DNA from: Oopsacas minuta
Taxonomy: Eukaryota > Animalia > Porifera
Length of the DNA: 64,000 bases
Direction of reading: 5' to 3'
Assembly: GCA_024704765.1 (NCBI GenBank)
Contig: JAKMXF010000177.1
Span: 1-64,000 of the forward strand
In this document: positions 11,898-25,349 of the stretch, piece after piece
How the letters are laid out: the number at the start of each line of letters is the position of its first letter
Numbering within the stretch: position 1 is the stretch's first letter
The notes under the pieces: generated by a model
What the model was told of the DNA's origin: nothing
Databases searched by the model: none
Seen by the model: the letters and a program-made list of their open reading frames with translations, nothing else
Translations under genes and position numbers: made by a program

Positions 11898-14618
11898 CAC
11901 TGCTCAACAATTTTTTTTTCATTTTTTGTTGCATGAGATTTTTCAATTGATTCTATATAATTTTGGGATGCTGATTTCAAATCTGCAATCAGTTTCTTTC
12001 TGCATGCTCTAGTTTTCATGCAATCGACAATTTAAATTTTTTCGTTTGTGGTACTTATTTAGTACATAAATCTGATCTCCACCAAATACTTTTATCTATC
12101 AAGCCATTTTTCTTAGATTGTAGCTGTTACTATGATTTAGTAATGGCTTCAATCTATTGAAAACAAAAGCACCACTCTATTGTTCTCTGAAAACATGACA
12201 CTATTAGCGAAGTGTCAAAATTTAAATAAATCAAAAATCATCATGTTGATTTTTTTGAAATGATTTAATTCAAACAACCCTAAGTGATTGTAGTGAAGTA
12301 TCGTGGATAGATGCAGCAGAATAGGCATTTAAGCTGTATTTTTCCGCTCGTCTGCTGGTAGCCTTAATTAGAACCAAGGTTTTGTTATTCAGTTTGTTTG
12401 TGTTAAGTTACATAGAAATCAACAGACTTTCTTTCGATTCTTAACTCTTCAGATTTGATCATGGCTTCTTCTAGTAGACATAAATGCAAAAATAACCCTG
12501 ATTCATTTTGTTACATCTGTGGTGTGTATACGCTTTCGCGTCAAAGACGAAATATAACATCGTTTGTGAAGCGTGCCTACATAGCATACTTTGGTATCCC
12601 TCTTGGTGATCAAGATAAGAAATGGTCTCCTCATATTGTGTGCCATAACTGCGAAGAAATGCTCCGAGACTAGACAAAAGGAAAGCGGAAGGGTCTGCCT
12701 TTTGCCATTCCAATGGTGTGGCGTGAACCCCAAGACCACATGACTGACTGCTACTTTTGCATGGTCAATACAAAAGGTGTTGGCAAGAAGAGCCGACAAA
12801 CGCTTTCTTATCCTAGTATACCATCAGCTATGCGACCTGTCCCGCACTCTGATAGACTTCCTCCTCCGGTCTTTAGTGGTTTTGCTTTTCCTGATGATGG
12901 AGAAACTAAATTGGAAAGGGAAGAGATCGTAGAAATGGAATATCAAAAAACAGACACAGAATCAGAATCTGAAGATTCTTCTCGTGAAACCAGAGTAACT
13001 GTCCAGCAGTTTAATCAATCAGAACTGAATGACTTAGTACGTGATTTAGATCTGCCCAAGCAAGCAGCTGAGCTCTTAGCCTCCAGGCTCAAAGAAAAAC
13101 AGGTGCTGGGTCAATCTGTAAAGGTTTCCTTTTTTCGAAAAAGAGAAGAACTCCTTCTACCCTATTTTTCAGTGGAAAATAAGCTGGTATATTGCAACGA
13201 TATTCCTGGTCTTCTCGGACAACTGGGTATCTCCTCATATGATCCAGGAGAATGGCGATTGTTTTTGGACAGTTCCAAGCGCAGCCTCAAGTGTGTTCTT
13301 TTACACAATGGAAATGTTTATGGAGCTGTTCCAGTTGGTCACTCCACTGTCTTGAAGGAACAGCATGATGACATTAGAATTGTTATGGATTTACTCGGAT
13401 ATCATGATCACAACTGGATCATTTGTGTTGACCTCAAAATGGTTAGTTTTCTGCTAGGTCAGCAAAAAGGATACACTAAATTTCCATGCTATCTGTGCAT
13501 GTGGGACAGCAGAGCACGTGAAAAACATTGGATACAGAAGGAGTGGCCCTTACGTGAAACATTTCAAGCTGGCATGCCTAACGTAACACACGACCCGATC
13601 GTAAGCAGAGACAAAATTGTTTTTCCACCCCTGCACATCAAGCTAGGTCTGATGAAACAGTTCGTTAAAGCCCTAAATCCTGACAATGAATCCTTTCATC
13701 ATCTTGTGTATACTTTCCCTGCTTTGTCATATGATAAAATCAAAGCAGGAGTGTTTGATGGACCACAGATACGTACACTTATTCGCGACAAAAACTTCAT
13801 TCAGAAAATGAATGTCAGGGAGAAAGCTGAATGGCTATCTTTTGTGGATGTTATACAGAACTTTCTTGGTAACAGAAAAGCTCCAAACTATGAAATGCTT
13901 GTATCCAAGATGCTCTCAGGGTTTCGTGATTTGGGATGCAACATGAGCATAAAAGTACATTTTCTGTACAGCCACCTGGACAAATTCCCTGAAAACCTTG
14001 GGGCTGTCAGTGACGAACAGGGAGAGCGTTTCCACCAGGATCTTATGACAGTGGAAGAACGTTACCAAGGTCGATGGGATCGACATATGATGGCAGACTA
14101 TTGTTGGGGCATTAAACGTGACTGTCCTCACAAAGCGTACAAACGCAGAAGTTATAACAGGAAATTTTGTCCAGATTTGTAGAATATTTGAATCTTTTGC
14201 ATCTTGTCATTGATCGCTTTAAGTTACTATTGTAGATTGCCATCGTTCTTTTCTACGTTATTTTGCAAAAAAAATCAATTTTTACATGCATATTACCAGC
14301 AAAACTGTTGTTTTTTACATTTTTTAAAACATTTGTTGCCCATCTGTCTACAAATACAATTTCCATTGGCAACATAAAAGTTTTTTGGCACCTATTTTTG
14401 TTTTGAGGCTAGTTATTCAACTGCAAGCAGAACATCATTTGACATATCATGTCACTTTTTCAAAAAATATGAATTTTGTGCAAAAAAATTAAAAATCTCG
14501 ATTTGCAAAAAATCTAGAGCTTGCGGAAACAAACTAAGGTCGGATTCGGATTCAGCGCCCCAATATTAGGTAAAAACAAGTGTTGGTAGAAATGCAACAA
14601 AATTTTTGTTGAGCAGTG
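11898..14618 (+). mobile_element. Chapaev3-type (CMC group) DNA transposon nested in the RAG1-like ORF
   Basis: TIR CACTGCTCAACAA at both ends and 3-bp TSD TTA (11895-97, 14619-21). Confidence 0.9.
12461..14182 (+). pseudogene. Chapaev3-type transposase with a single premature stop (TAG at 12671-73, probably from TGG)
   Basis: CKNNPDSFCYICG..FG..LGDQDKKWSPHIVC..MVWREPQDHMTDCYFC..FLDSS..VDLK..CYLC..LHIKLG..HFLYSH..SDEQGERFHQ. Family assignment is from recall of Chapaev3 transposases. Confidence 0.8.
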
Positions 14619-17268
14619 TTATTCGAAGAATAGCTGACAAGTGTGTTTGTAGTTTTGAAAGTGTTTCTTTGTGTTCTGTTTCAACAACTGACAATACACA
14701 CTCAAAGTATTTCGAATCACAGGAAAATGCTCGACGAGCTACACTACCAGTAGAGCTAGTACCTCCACTTGCATTCGGCTGATCTATCCTCATTCCTGTC
14801 TTCCCTTCAATCAGATTTCTGACAAATATCATTGAATTTTTTATCGTCAAAGATGTTGGTGACCATGTACGTTTTCCACAATTCAAATGATAAATTAGTA
14901 GATTGAACCACCTGAAAATGCCAGTGTACGAGTGTAACGGAGATGCTGGAAGGATGTTTATTGTTGAGGTTGGTTCGTGTGTTATGTTACAACGTTGGTT
15001 TGAAGGAAGTGAGAAGAACGAATGGCTGTCTTCTATTTCACCGAAAAGTTGAATTGCATCAGTAATGTACCTGTTGATAGGAAATCCCTGTATTATCAAC
15101 TCACGATCATTGAGTTCCTTATGTGTTGCTGTACATAATTGACAACTTGCCCCACCTGCCCCAGATAGAATTCCTGCCATTTTCCCATCAAGCATTGATC
15201 GAACAATGTCGACTCGTACTTGCTGATCAGGGCCAAGAGTAAATCCTTCACTTCTCATAAGATCAGTATCAGTATTGATTAGATCGTCCATAAATCGCTT
15301 GATATTAGCTTCGTTTTCTTTCGCAGCGAGGAGGAAAATCGGACGTTGAGCAAAAGGAGAATTGGGAGTGTTATTTTTCCAGAGTTCGCGACCGCTATTG
15401 CTTATTACCTTTACAGCTCTGATACAGAATAAGATAAACGACTTAGTATCTGTATTCGTGTTTGATTGATTATATACAGTGTGACTGCCAGAGCCATCTA
15501 GTCCGTCTGCTATCTGGAATTGCAGGGGAAAATCTTGACTGGAAGTGGCGGTAGCGTGGACATAAGCCTGCAAAAAGTATGGCGGATGTGATGGGCATAT
15601 GGCATATATACACCAAGTGGAGTTTCAGGATTGGGGTACATCTGAATATCCGACCGTAAAATTATGCTGTTTGTTTCTTCTACTATCCTATAGTATGCCG
15701 GGAAACGAATATCGCTAGATAGCAAGTGGTATCGGAGTTGTGTGTATTTCCTCCTGCCAATTTCCAGGAGATCTAGAAGGAACACTGTCTTGGTAACATC
15801 GAGCTCTTTCTTCAACAATTTACCGAATTGACCCGAAAACTTGTCATAGACTACAGATTTTGAAACTTTAGCTATTTCTCGCTGTTTTGTTTGGTTCGAT
15901 AGTAGTTGCAAGGCAAGTGCAGCTATCTTGATTTCTGAAGTATTCTCAACGATTGAGAGTGCTTTGATAGATTCCAAGACATTTGAGAGTCGTGAGCGTT
16001 GTTGTTGCATCGTGAGATTGTCAATACTCTTCCTATGGTTTGCAGAGAGTGTGGATATGACTTCTTCATCATCTGAAGACAGCTCAACGGTATCATAAAA
16101 ACGGTTCCTCTTCAACTCTGGTTCCATGGATATACCACAATGCCACCAGTCTCCCTCTAAGCAATCTAGCGATTTCTTTGCCTTCCTGATCCTGCTTCTT
16201 ACTCGGAGGAGCGTTGCTTCCAATTGTTTCCTTTCTTCGAAGTCAATTTGAAAGTTCTGCTCAAAGAAACTGAGTGTCGTCGAGATACAGTTATTGTTGT
16301 CTTTCAAAATCTTCGCAAATTCAAGATGAGAGTTAGGGAAAGTTAGTTCTTGAGTCATTGATAAAGCGTAGAAAACGGTTGATTATCAGCAAATTCAATT
16401 TGTTAATGTCATATTAATCATGTATTTATATATTACATTTATTGGTAATTGAAATGCTGCAATCGAGTAGATAAATTTAGCATATAAATTGCATAGCAAC
16501 AAAAAGGTGACAATGGAATTCGCTGAAATTTTTCATGTTGCGCACTGTTTCGGGGCGCATCATTTTAATATGTCTTTCTAGATATTATAATGCCATTTTG
16601 GAATTAATTTCTAAGTGGTGTTTTGTGGTGTTTTTTTTTGCGGTCATTTGGAAGTTCTTTTTTTAAAATTATTGTACCTCTAAAGTAGCATTAATCAAAT
16701 CAACTTTGAATCCAAATTAGTAAAGATACATTGACAAAAATGAGAAATCAGATTTAGCATAACTGAATTGTGTCGACTAAATAAAATAAATTTGATTCGG
16801 AGAATTCTGCGACGCTCTCAAGTAAACTTAAATTGGTGCTAATATTAGCATCACTGAAACCGCAAATAGAACTATTTTTGATTGATTCTTTAAATTCATA
16901 TTGTGAGAGCTATATGTATTCGATCGAATTGAAATTTGAAACTAACATTATTCAAACAAACAAGAACGAGTTTAAACCATTAAAAATGAAATCTATTTTT
17001 TGTCTATTCTTTGGATTCAAACTACTGTGCATAGTTAGCAATCATGTGTTTTAATTGATCTGAAATATGCGCTGAAACCTGCATAATCCGATACAGGTTG
17101 GGACATGAAAATATGTGGGATTAGTAAAAAGATTATTCGGTGAAATTTCAATGTAAAAATCTTATCCCTAAAATATTGTGTCGAATAGGAAGCAAATCTG
17201 GTTAATATTGGAGACAAGAATTATGTCCGGGCTTGGTCTTATAAAGATCTGGCAACCCTAGTTGGAAA

Positions 17269-18642
17269 TCTAAGGTTTCCTGGACTAGAATCAAATTCTT
17301 TACATAGCTCTATGAAGAGACGCGTATTCAATGTATTTCCATTTATATAGTTGAGCTTGATAACTAGAAATTACATCAGTTAATAAGGGCGGGAGGGCTT
17401 TGAAAAAGGGGATGTCTAAGTATGATACAATGCAATTGCATGACATCGTAAAAATTGTGCCTTAACTCGTGTTTGGTATCCAGAAGGACATCCCAACATT
17501 GGTGGTGCATCGCAGGTACAGGTTGTACAAAGATTTTCCAGTCTAAGTCGTTAGCTGATAAAAATACATTCACCTTGACAACTAAATAAATTACTTTCGT
17601 TGTTGTTTGCAAAGGGAGGTAAACACAGTACATCTTCTTTGAAACAACCATCATAAATATACATAACAAATCATATTGTCTGAGCGTATGAGGAACATCA
17701 GTAGAATCATGCAACTGAATATTGAATTATCCCAATGGGGCTGTTTTCACTCCGGCCATAAGCTTTAACTAGATATTTCTACATATCTAAGATACGAAGA
17801 TGAACAGTGTTATTTGTAAATGGTAACAGGTAATTACTTGCGTTGTTTCACCTAGCATTATTCTCACAATATCTCTGATGCAAGGAAGAATCAAACTTTC
17901 CCTAATTTTATGAAGTTTCTTCGCAGTGAAATTAAAATAAAAAAAGATAAGTTTCAATAGCTGAAATTAATTGTTACTTACTCGTCCCAGTTGTATCTAA
18001 CCTGACTTGTTCACGCCATTTTCTTTCCTTAGAAACATATAAAGTGTGTTTATTTACACTTCGGGGTAGCCCTCGATAAGGTGGCTTTTAAGGAAACTTA
18101 GTTTCATACTATCAGCAAAAAGGGGACAGAAACAGGAATCACACTGAGGGCGTTCTAAACCACTTAAATATATCTATGTGAAACCAAACCTGATGAAGAC
18201 ATTCCAATAATTTCTCTTCTTTGCAATAATTTGAAATTTATAATTAAGTGAAGAAAATCGAGATGATAAATTGAAATTGCGAATGTATTGTGTCTACACT
18301 TACTTGGTTGATTTATTTTAGGAATGAATATTCAGTATTTACAGGAAATAGCCACAAACGGGTATAATTACTTACTGAGAATTACATAAGAATGCAGTAA
18401 TTGGGTCAAGCAACCATTTATTGATTTAATATTGTTAAAATTTACTTTCGTGAAAGAGGTATATATCTTAATAGTTCAAATATAGACATATGATTGTCAC
18501 ATTGTGGTATAAATAAATTGCAAAAGAAAATTAGGAGAATTGATTTCCACAATTCCTTGGTAAACTTTGAAATAATTAATCTTTCGACATTGCTATTTGG
18601 AATTGGAGCTCATGCACGCGTGCCCTAGGTTGGGAACCCCTG
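17269..18642 (-). mobile_element. Decayed 5' half of a Charlie/Buster-type hAT element
   Basis: Terminus CAGGGGTTCCCAACC at 18642. Remnants QLHDSTDV, LDWK and LNTRLFIELC. Confidence 0.6.
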
Positions 18643-20079
18643 TATTATATGGAAAATATCCAATTTTATGGCATAATCAAACATTTAAAATGTCAGTTAT
18701 TTGCACTTAAGGCTTAATAATAACTTATATTATAATATCTAAAACAATTGATGCCTTTGTAAATCGCTAAATCTACAAACGTTTACTTAATACTGCGTTA
18801 TTATACAATTTTGATTCTCCCATATTTATCAAAACTTAATTTCGGTCGTATAGTGCATAACTGGGCCAAAATTCATAATCAGTCACGAGGCCTTATGTAT
18901 AGGAGGCTATGATATTACCGCATTTCCTGAATATGCGCCACATTGTTTTCTGGCAATTTTTGTATAATTCTATATACAATTTTGAAAATACAAATGATTT
19001 AGAGATAGTAATTACCTTTGACAAATATGCCCAAATTGTCGTCAAAACACTCTTATTTAGGTATATCTTTGTGACAATTTCATCCCTCCACCGTTATTTA
19101 AGCCTTGACACTTATTATAGGAAATATTTTATTTATATTAGACATACATATCATAGAATTATTGAGATTTCTGAGATTCGATTCCCTAACAGATTCATCC
19201 AGATTCTCTGAGGTTCGACCACTTAGCAAATGCTATGAGCAACCATACGGAATTCAAAAATGCAAAGAATATGCTTCGTATCAATTTTTAAGACGCTACG
19301 CCATATTGCTAATAAATTGCGGAAACACTGTGCTGCCCCCTTAAGGACATGGTGACCCAAATGTTCTGGTTTTGGAGGACGTTCTTCTTTTTAGATTAAT
19401 TGTCTTATTTCTTTGTTGTATGGGAGAGAGGATTGCCCATACCCTCCCTTTTGAAACTGTGTTGTAATTACATTCTGATAGTTCTCTCATGAATTTGTGA
19501 TTTAATGAATTATTGTGAAAAATTATTCCGCATATTTAACCATTGACCTGGAAGGTGGCGATTCTTCTCAAGTTTGATTTAGATATCGGAATTCTGTTTG
19601 ATTTAATATTACTGCTCACTAGATAGTGCGTCAATGTAATTGACATAGAAATCTAGATATCTATTAATTCAGAAACATGAGTAACAAGTTTCGTAGTTAA
19701 TTTAGGTATCTTTCTTCTCAAATATACCTATTATTCAGTAGTGGCGGACCTAAGCCACCAACATACTTTGATCTTCGAAACTTAGGTTAACGGTGATGTA
19801 TCCACTAAAATAGTCACTGAAGGCGTTAAGGTATCTACTGATGGAACATTATACTCCAAGCCTGCGTGGCAAGTATAATTGTCATTGTGAGATGAACTAT
19901 CATTTACATCTTTTGGCCATAGTCCAGTTCAGAGGTTTCACATTAATTGGAACTGGTCAAAACTAGAAGTATATCATTGAAATAAATAATGGGAAAAACA
20001 GTAAATACAAATCAGAAATTTTATGGTCAAGATCAATGAAGTAAGAAACAACCAAACAATGTGATGCGTTACAATAATT

Positions 20080-20331
20080 TTACTCGCACCCGAATTTTCG
20101 CTCAAATGAGCTAAGAGCAATTCCGAATGCTTGTAGCGGACAGAGAGGAGATCTATAGTCGAGAGTAAAACGATCTCTTCCAACCTTTCCAAATTGCAAT
20201 ACAATAACACCATCTTCATCAATTAGTTGAAAGTTTTTTACAGAGGCTTGAGTTACTCTACCATTGAAATTTAATATGTATGTTTGAGACTCATTATTCC
20301 ATTCAGGAACTTTGTTTTCCAATTTGATAAT
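20080..20331 (-). CDS. TUB: Tubby-family protein, last coding exon
   Basis: Acceptor tttttcactgttttAG|ATT. Translation [75 protein letters not shown] is the canonical Tub-domain C-terminus. The TUB versus TULP paralog cannot be assigned. Confidence 0.95.
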   Translation of the reverse strand: MIKLENKVPEWNNESQTYILNFNGRVTQASVKNFQLIDEDGVIVLQFGKVGRDRFTLDYRSPLCPLQAFGIALSSFERKFGCE

Positions 20332-22421
20332 CTAAAACAGTGAAAAAATTAAAGACTTTTCACACAGTGGTTGCAATTTTTATGGAACAAAGTCCAAAAC
20401 GTACTGAGGACAAGATTCCGTTCATATGTGCTGTTAACGCCGGGTACCATAGTAACCAACTGAGTTAGAAGCAGGACCTAAAAATACTGATAACACAAAC
20501 ATTTTTGAATGTACTGTTTGATGAATTATACAATAATATCTTAAATCATAATCTGCACGGACATAAGTTTCACCAAATGAATATAAGTGTATTGAAACAA
20601 TACAATTTAAATTAATATCCATTTTAGAAGAGAAATATAGATTTTGAATATACAAATAATCGAATTATAGGTTTTAGAGTGTCAGAATGGAATTGTACCT
20701 CAATGATTGAGCTAAATAGACGATGCAAGCAATCTCAAGGCCAAACATTGGAATGTCCACGAAAAGGTATGGAAATATGAATATATGCAAGCCATCCCAC
20801 CAAAATACAATCTCCGAGAAAACAAAAATGAATATATATATGTACATGATAGCATACATGCAACCGCGTAGACAGGATTATTCATTAGGGTCTTGAGCGA
20901 GCGAAGCGACCAAATGGGGGTCTGAGGACATTGCGCCAGCGACTATAATATACAGTAGAGTCTCCAAAAATGGACACTTCGAAAAGTGGACAACACCATG
21001 CAACACAAACCTCGTGGCAGGGATTGAATTTGCCAAGCATGAAATTCATACTTAAACCGCTCCGAGGAGCAGATAATTCTCTACAACGGCCAGAATCCAT
21101 GTTCCCAACATGTCTGTTATTCGGGGACTTCCCTGTAATCATAAAAGTTTAGCGCATATCGTGTGGTTTGGGACACTTTATTGTATTGATCACTAACCAC
21201 TTATTCTGCAAAGAAAAATCTCAATTCTTCCTTCTGTGCCTATGTAAAGTTCACGAAATATATAACAATGGATAATTCAACTATTATATTCTACTATGGA
21301 AACATTAGCGTGAATTGGGAATTTGAAACTGCAAAATCAAATTCTAATTTACTTACTTAGTTTGTTGAGTTTAGCAACTAGTGGAGCTTCTATATTGACT
21401 TCATGTGACAATTATAGTAGTCTCAAGCTTATGAACAAAAGCCATGAGCTATTAAACCAATTTCGATTTCTGTCCCGCCATCAGAGGTTAGTAGATCAAA
21501 TGGGACATGAGAATACCCAAGATCCTTTGTATCACCAATGGAAATAACTAAACAAGGTTGGGACTCTCAAAAATGCAACACACTCTGGCAGAGCTCGATA
21601 CATTTAAACCCTCCATATGATTCCAGGAAAACGACATTCCATAAAAAGAAAGCGCAGGCAAAGATCCAATATTTCCAATTCTTCTGCTCAACGTCAAATT
21701 TCTAAAGACCTTGGATAGCATGTTTCAGAGAACAAAAACTGAAGCTCTGAATTATCATTGGAACATAGCAGACTTTGCAGAATATAAGAACAAAATAATG
21801 TTCAAAACTTTTAAGTATAAATTGTATCTCGTGAGAATATGTCAGAGACATTTAACCGTATGGAAAGAGCGTGCATTCGAAGACATTCTTGTTTTGGCCC
21901 GGATTTAAGAATGAGAGGACAAAAATTGTATTTCCACAAATGGTGATAAAGATTGCTGCAAACTGGTATCAAAAACTCATTCTTTATGGTCACTTTAATC
22001 GAATAGGGAGTACTTAAATAAAAGGCAACCATTGTGGGGATGTCAACAAGATGGAGCACCGGTAAATACAGCTATTCCCACACAAGATTCAAAAGGGACT
22101 AAATTAACAAATTGTATAGGAAAAATTATTGACTGCGACACAGCCCTGGTTCAAAACCCTTGTGATCTTAACCCAGAGGCAAAATAGAAGCAACTGTGAT
22201 CAATTAACAGGTGAATTGGTAGTGCTTTTAAACAGCACGACCAGGGAAAAGCAAAAATCTATGAAAATCTCCATGAAATTTTGAAAAATATATTCAAGGG
22301 AAATCTTAGCCAATTCTGGAGCTAGTCTAGAAACTTCTGTATAGAAACTTCTGCATATAACACATATGATAATTATTCATTAGAAATATTAAATTGTTAA
22401 TAGAAATGATCTAACAATATA

Positions 22422-23761
22422 CAGGGTGTCCAGAAATTATGGATACCATGAATTTCTATTTTATTTGACCATATTTTGATTTATGTTGTTTCCTAAGTAT
22501 ATATAATGATATTTCATTTATGTTCATTACCGATTCAATCTTTTCGCAATTTTGAATTTCAAAAATCAAAAATTTAGTGAAATTCTATATAATTTATTTA
22601 ACCACAATTTCCTATCTTTATTAGCGTCATTATCATGAATATTGAGATTCGTTCACGTGCTATTGATGTGATAGAAGGCGACATGACACAGAAAGATGTA
22701 GCTAATCGTCTTAGTAAGGAATTGCCACTATTAAAAGGTGGTGGAAACGCCATATCAATAACCAGAGTCTCCATCATAGACCCGGTACAGGAAGGCCGCC
22801 AAAATTGAATCCAGTGGCAAAGATGATAATATCAAAGTCTTTGGGAAAAAGACATCATCCCATAAGGAGATTGAGTGCATAATTGAAATCTAAAGGACAT
22901 TCTATTTCGAAAAGTACTGTACACTGTTATTTGAAGAAGTCTGTTGACGCTAAACCCTTCAAAAGGACCAAACAACCGAAATTGACACCAAAAAAAAGGA
23001 AAACAGACTTTTGTTCTGCCAAAAATATCGAAATTGGTCAGTGGAAGATTGGAAATGCATTCTTTGGAGTGATGAGTCTCCATTTAAACTTTTTCATCTT
23101 TTAAACCATCAAAATGACCGAATTTGGGCAAAGAGTTCAGCAAATATACCCCCACAGCAAACAGTAAAATTTCCTCAAAGAGACATGGTGTGGGGCATGA
23201 TGAGCTATCAAGCGGTCTCTGAACTGCACATAATACCTCCTAAACAAAATATAAATGCCGCCTATTATATGGATGAGATATTGGCCAAAACCTGTAAAGA
23301 TGCAATTAAACGCAAAAGAAAGACAGGGAATATCTTTCAGAAGAGAATGCTTCCAGACCCGTTGAAATCGATATTCATGCAAGATGATGCTCCATCTCAC
23401 AGGGCCAAAATTTCGCAAGAATGGTGTTATAAACACTTACATAATTTCTGGCAGAAAGAAGTGTGGCCAGGTAATTCGCCAGACCTGAACCCCATTGAAA
23501 ATCTTTGGGCAATACTCAAGCAGAAGCTTGAGGAGGCACCCCAGCCGAACAACCTTCAAGACCTCATATTTTCTTCTGAAAAATGCTGGTCAAACTTAGA
23601 TTCTTCGCTCCTCGAAAATTTAATAGTAGGCATGCCGAAGAGAATTGCAAAATGTATAGAATTATAAAGAGATTATATAGATAAATGAAATGAATACATG
23701 GTGGTAGTTTTCGAAACTTATAGCAACTTATGAAAGGTATCAATAATTACTGGACACCCTG
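22422..23761 (+). mobile_element. Tc1-like transposon with both TIRs and a frameshifted transposase
   Basis: TA|CAGGGTGTCCAG..CTGGACACCCTG|TA. Motifs WSDES, MQDDAPSH and DLNPIENLW. Confidence 0.93.
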
Positions 23762-23906
23762 TATATATCCACAGATTGAACATACTGTTTTGAAATGTAT
23801 TATTGTTGCAGAACTGATGCATCACCTAGTACACAAAATAGAATGTATTGGCCAAATTAATGCAGTCTACATTCAATACTAATACACTAGAGTGTAAATA
23901 TAAATA

Positions 23907-25075
23907 CAAAGGGAGTTCATTTACTTCGTAACTCTTAGAATATTTATATTATATAAGTGAGATAGGCCTCAAACACTACTATATATGTTCAAAGTAGTCT
24001 CCCTTGTGCTTAACTACAAGCTTTAAACGCTCTATCCACTTGAAAAATGTTTTCTTATACTCTTCTTGTGGTATGTCTCTGAGGTACCGTTGGATGGCCT
24101 TCAAATTTGCATCCGTTCGCCAAAAACTATACCTGGTAGATGTTTTTGAGCCCATCGAACAGCCAAAAGTCGCACGGTGCTAAGTCAGGGCTATAGGGTG
24201 GATGTTCCAATTCCTCAAGACCTATAGAAGCAATCTTTTCCTTGACTTCCTTAGATTTGTGCGGTCTGGCATTATCATGCAAAATTTTGATTCCTCAGAA
24301 ACTCGTGGCAGGCGACGCACAATCTATTGTTTCTCGATTTCCGAAAGAAAAACTGTTGCATCTATGTGTCCAGTAACTGTTTGCCCCTTATGAGTTCAGA
24401 TTTAGCAGACTGGACCATATGCATCGAAAATATGGTGTACATTACTTAGGGAGCCCAATGATCCGATCTTAGTAGTTATGGGGAGATCTCCCTTTTACAA
24501 TCCATACTTTGTCCTGTTCTTTGCGAGTTGGCTCTGAATATCTTATCCACGTCTCATCATCGGTACATATTTCAAATAGTCGCCTCTCATCGCATTGGTC
24601 ATACTTTTCAAGCAATTTTTTTGTAATTCTGACCTGGGTCTTCTTTTGAGTCAGATTCAACAAATGTGGGACAACGTGAGCAAGCTTTGGACATGCCAAG
24701 ATGCTTGGTCAGAATTGCATGAACACTTACCGTTGACAAGTTTAGACTGGTAGCTAACTGCTCTATCGTAATATGGGGATCAGAGTCACAAATTTCAGCT
24801 AAAAGAGCAATATTGTTTGCAGTAGTAGTAATTATAGGTTACCCCATCCGAGGGTCATCTTCTACCGACACCCTACCTTCACTGAAACAAAGACTCTATG
24901 TCTTAACGGTTGATTCCGAACAGGCATCTACATCATATACCTGTAGAAAATCTTGGTGGATATTCCTTGGCGTATCGCCGAGTAATGGTCGGATGTTGAT
25001 GTAAGCTCTTTGTTCAAGTAGAAATTCATAAGATTTTGAAGACACAACTTCCTCTGTGGTTGCGGTAACCTATCT
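23907..25075 (-). mobile_element. Decayed mariner-like element
   Basis: Fragments ICTDDETWI, LHDNARPH and HPPYSPDLAPCDFWLFD. One probable TIR at 23907. Confidence 0.8.
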
Positions 25076-25349
25076 TCAAAAGGGTGTTGTTTTGACAAAA
25101 ATAGTCCCCCTACATAAATTGCTCGGGGGACAGATTTTGTAAAATATCCATGTTACTCGTCAAAAATTGTCTCCGCTACAAATATTATCCCTTACCGTAT
25201 ATTGTATTGTCATGATCGGTTAATGAAACCTTAAATAATACTAGTTTAATTAATTCTTGAGATAACATTTTACATTGTTTGTAACAGTATAAATGCCATT
25301 GTTTACTAAAGATAGTACTGTTAATTACTGAAATTATTTGCATTTATTA

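Larger units (their letters stand above)
11440..16358 (-). pseudogene. RAG1-like transposase A (about 730 aa reconstructed): one frameshift near 15540 plus the Chapaev3 insertion
   Basis: NBD-like RKSIDNLTMQQQRSRL, then DGLDGSG, SMLDGK..CQLC, SPLH, STGSVARR, LHRVLAH, SEEGSEACNKLLRKYRENLARK and C-terminal CERCGEHGHTKRAKCC. Removing the insertion restores LSAILRI-INSDR in frame. Confidence 0.9.
11133..17029 (-). mobile_element. RAG1-like (Transib/RAGL-type) transposon A; 3173 bp once the nested Chapaev3 and one TSD copy are removed
   Basis: Termini CACAGTGGTTT (11133) and CACAGTAGTTT (17029, reverse complement). 5-bp TSD CATAG (11128-32, 17030-34). Confidence 0.93.
9572..17260 (+). mobile_element. 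3' half of the TAGGG-ended hAT element; decayed transposase 9572-11060, with RAG1-like element A inserted in its 3' region
   Basis: LPCVFPDSKIATKFHC..SADNAAVN..CNCHVIHN..SNAYVERIFS. Right TIR ATCTGGCAACCCTA ends at 17260, followed by TSD GTTGGAAA. Confidence 0.85.

Noticed and set aside
19290-19332. CACAGTG + 12 nt + ATTAGC on the minus strand, superficially a 12-RSS
   Set aside because: No partner end or TSD. It is better explained as the decayed right end of a small inverted-repeat element starting near 18915.
20363-20400. CACAGTGG as a fifth RAG1-like terminus
   Set aside because: No AWTAG at +14 or +23, no partner end or TSD, and it lies in the Tubby branch-point region.
21323-21547. 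Small secreted-protein gene with a signal-peptide-like start inside the intron
   Set aside because: The frame is full of stops downstream. Other frames weakly resemble decayed Gypsy RNase H/integrase (KIVFP..NWYQKL), so it is probably a spurious ORF.
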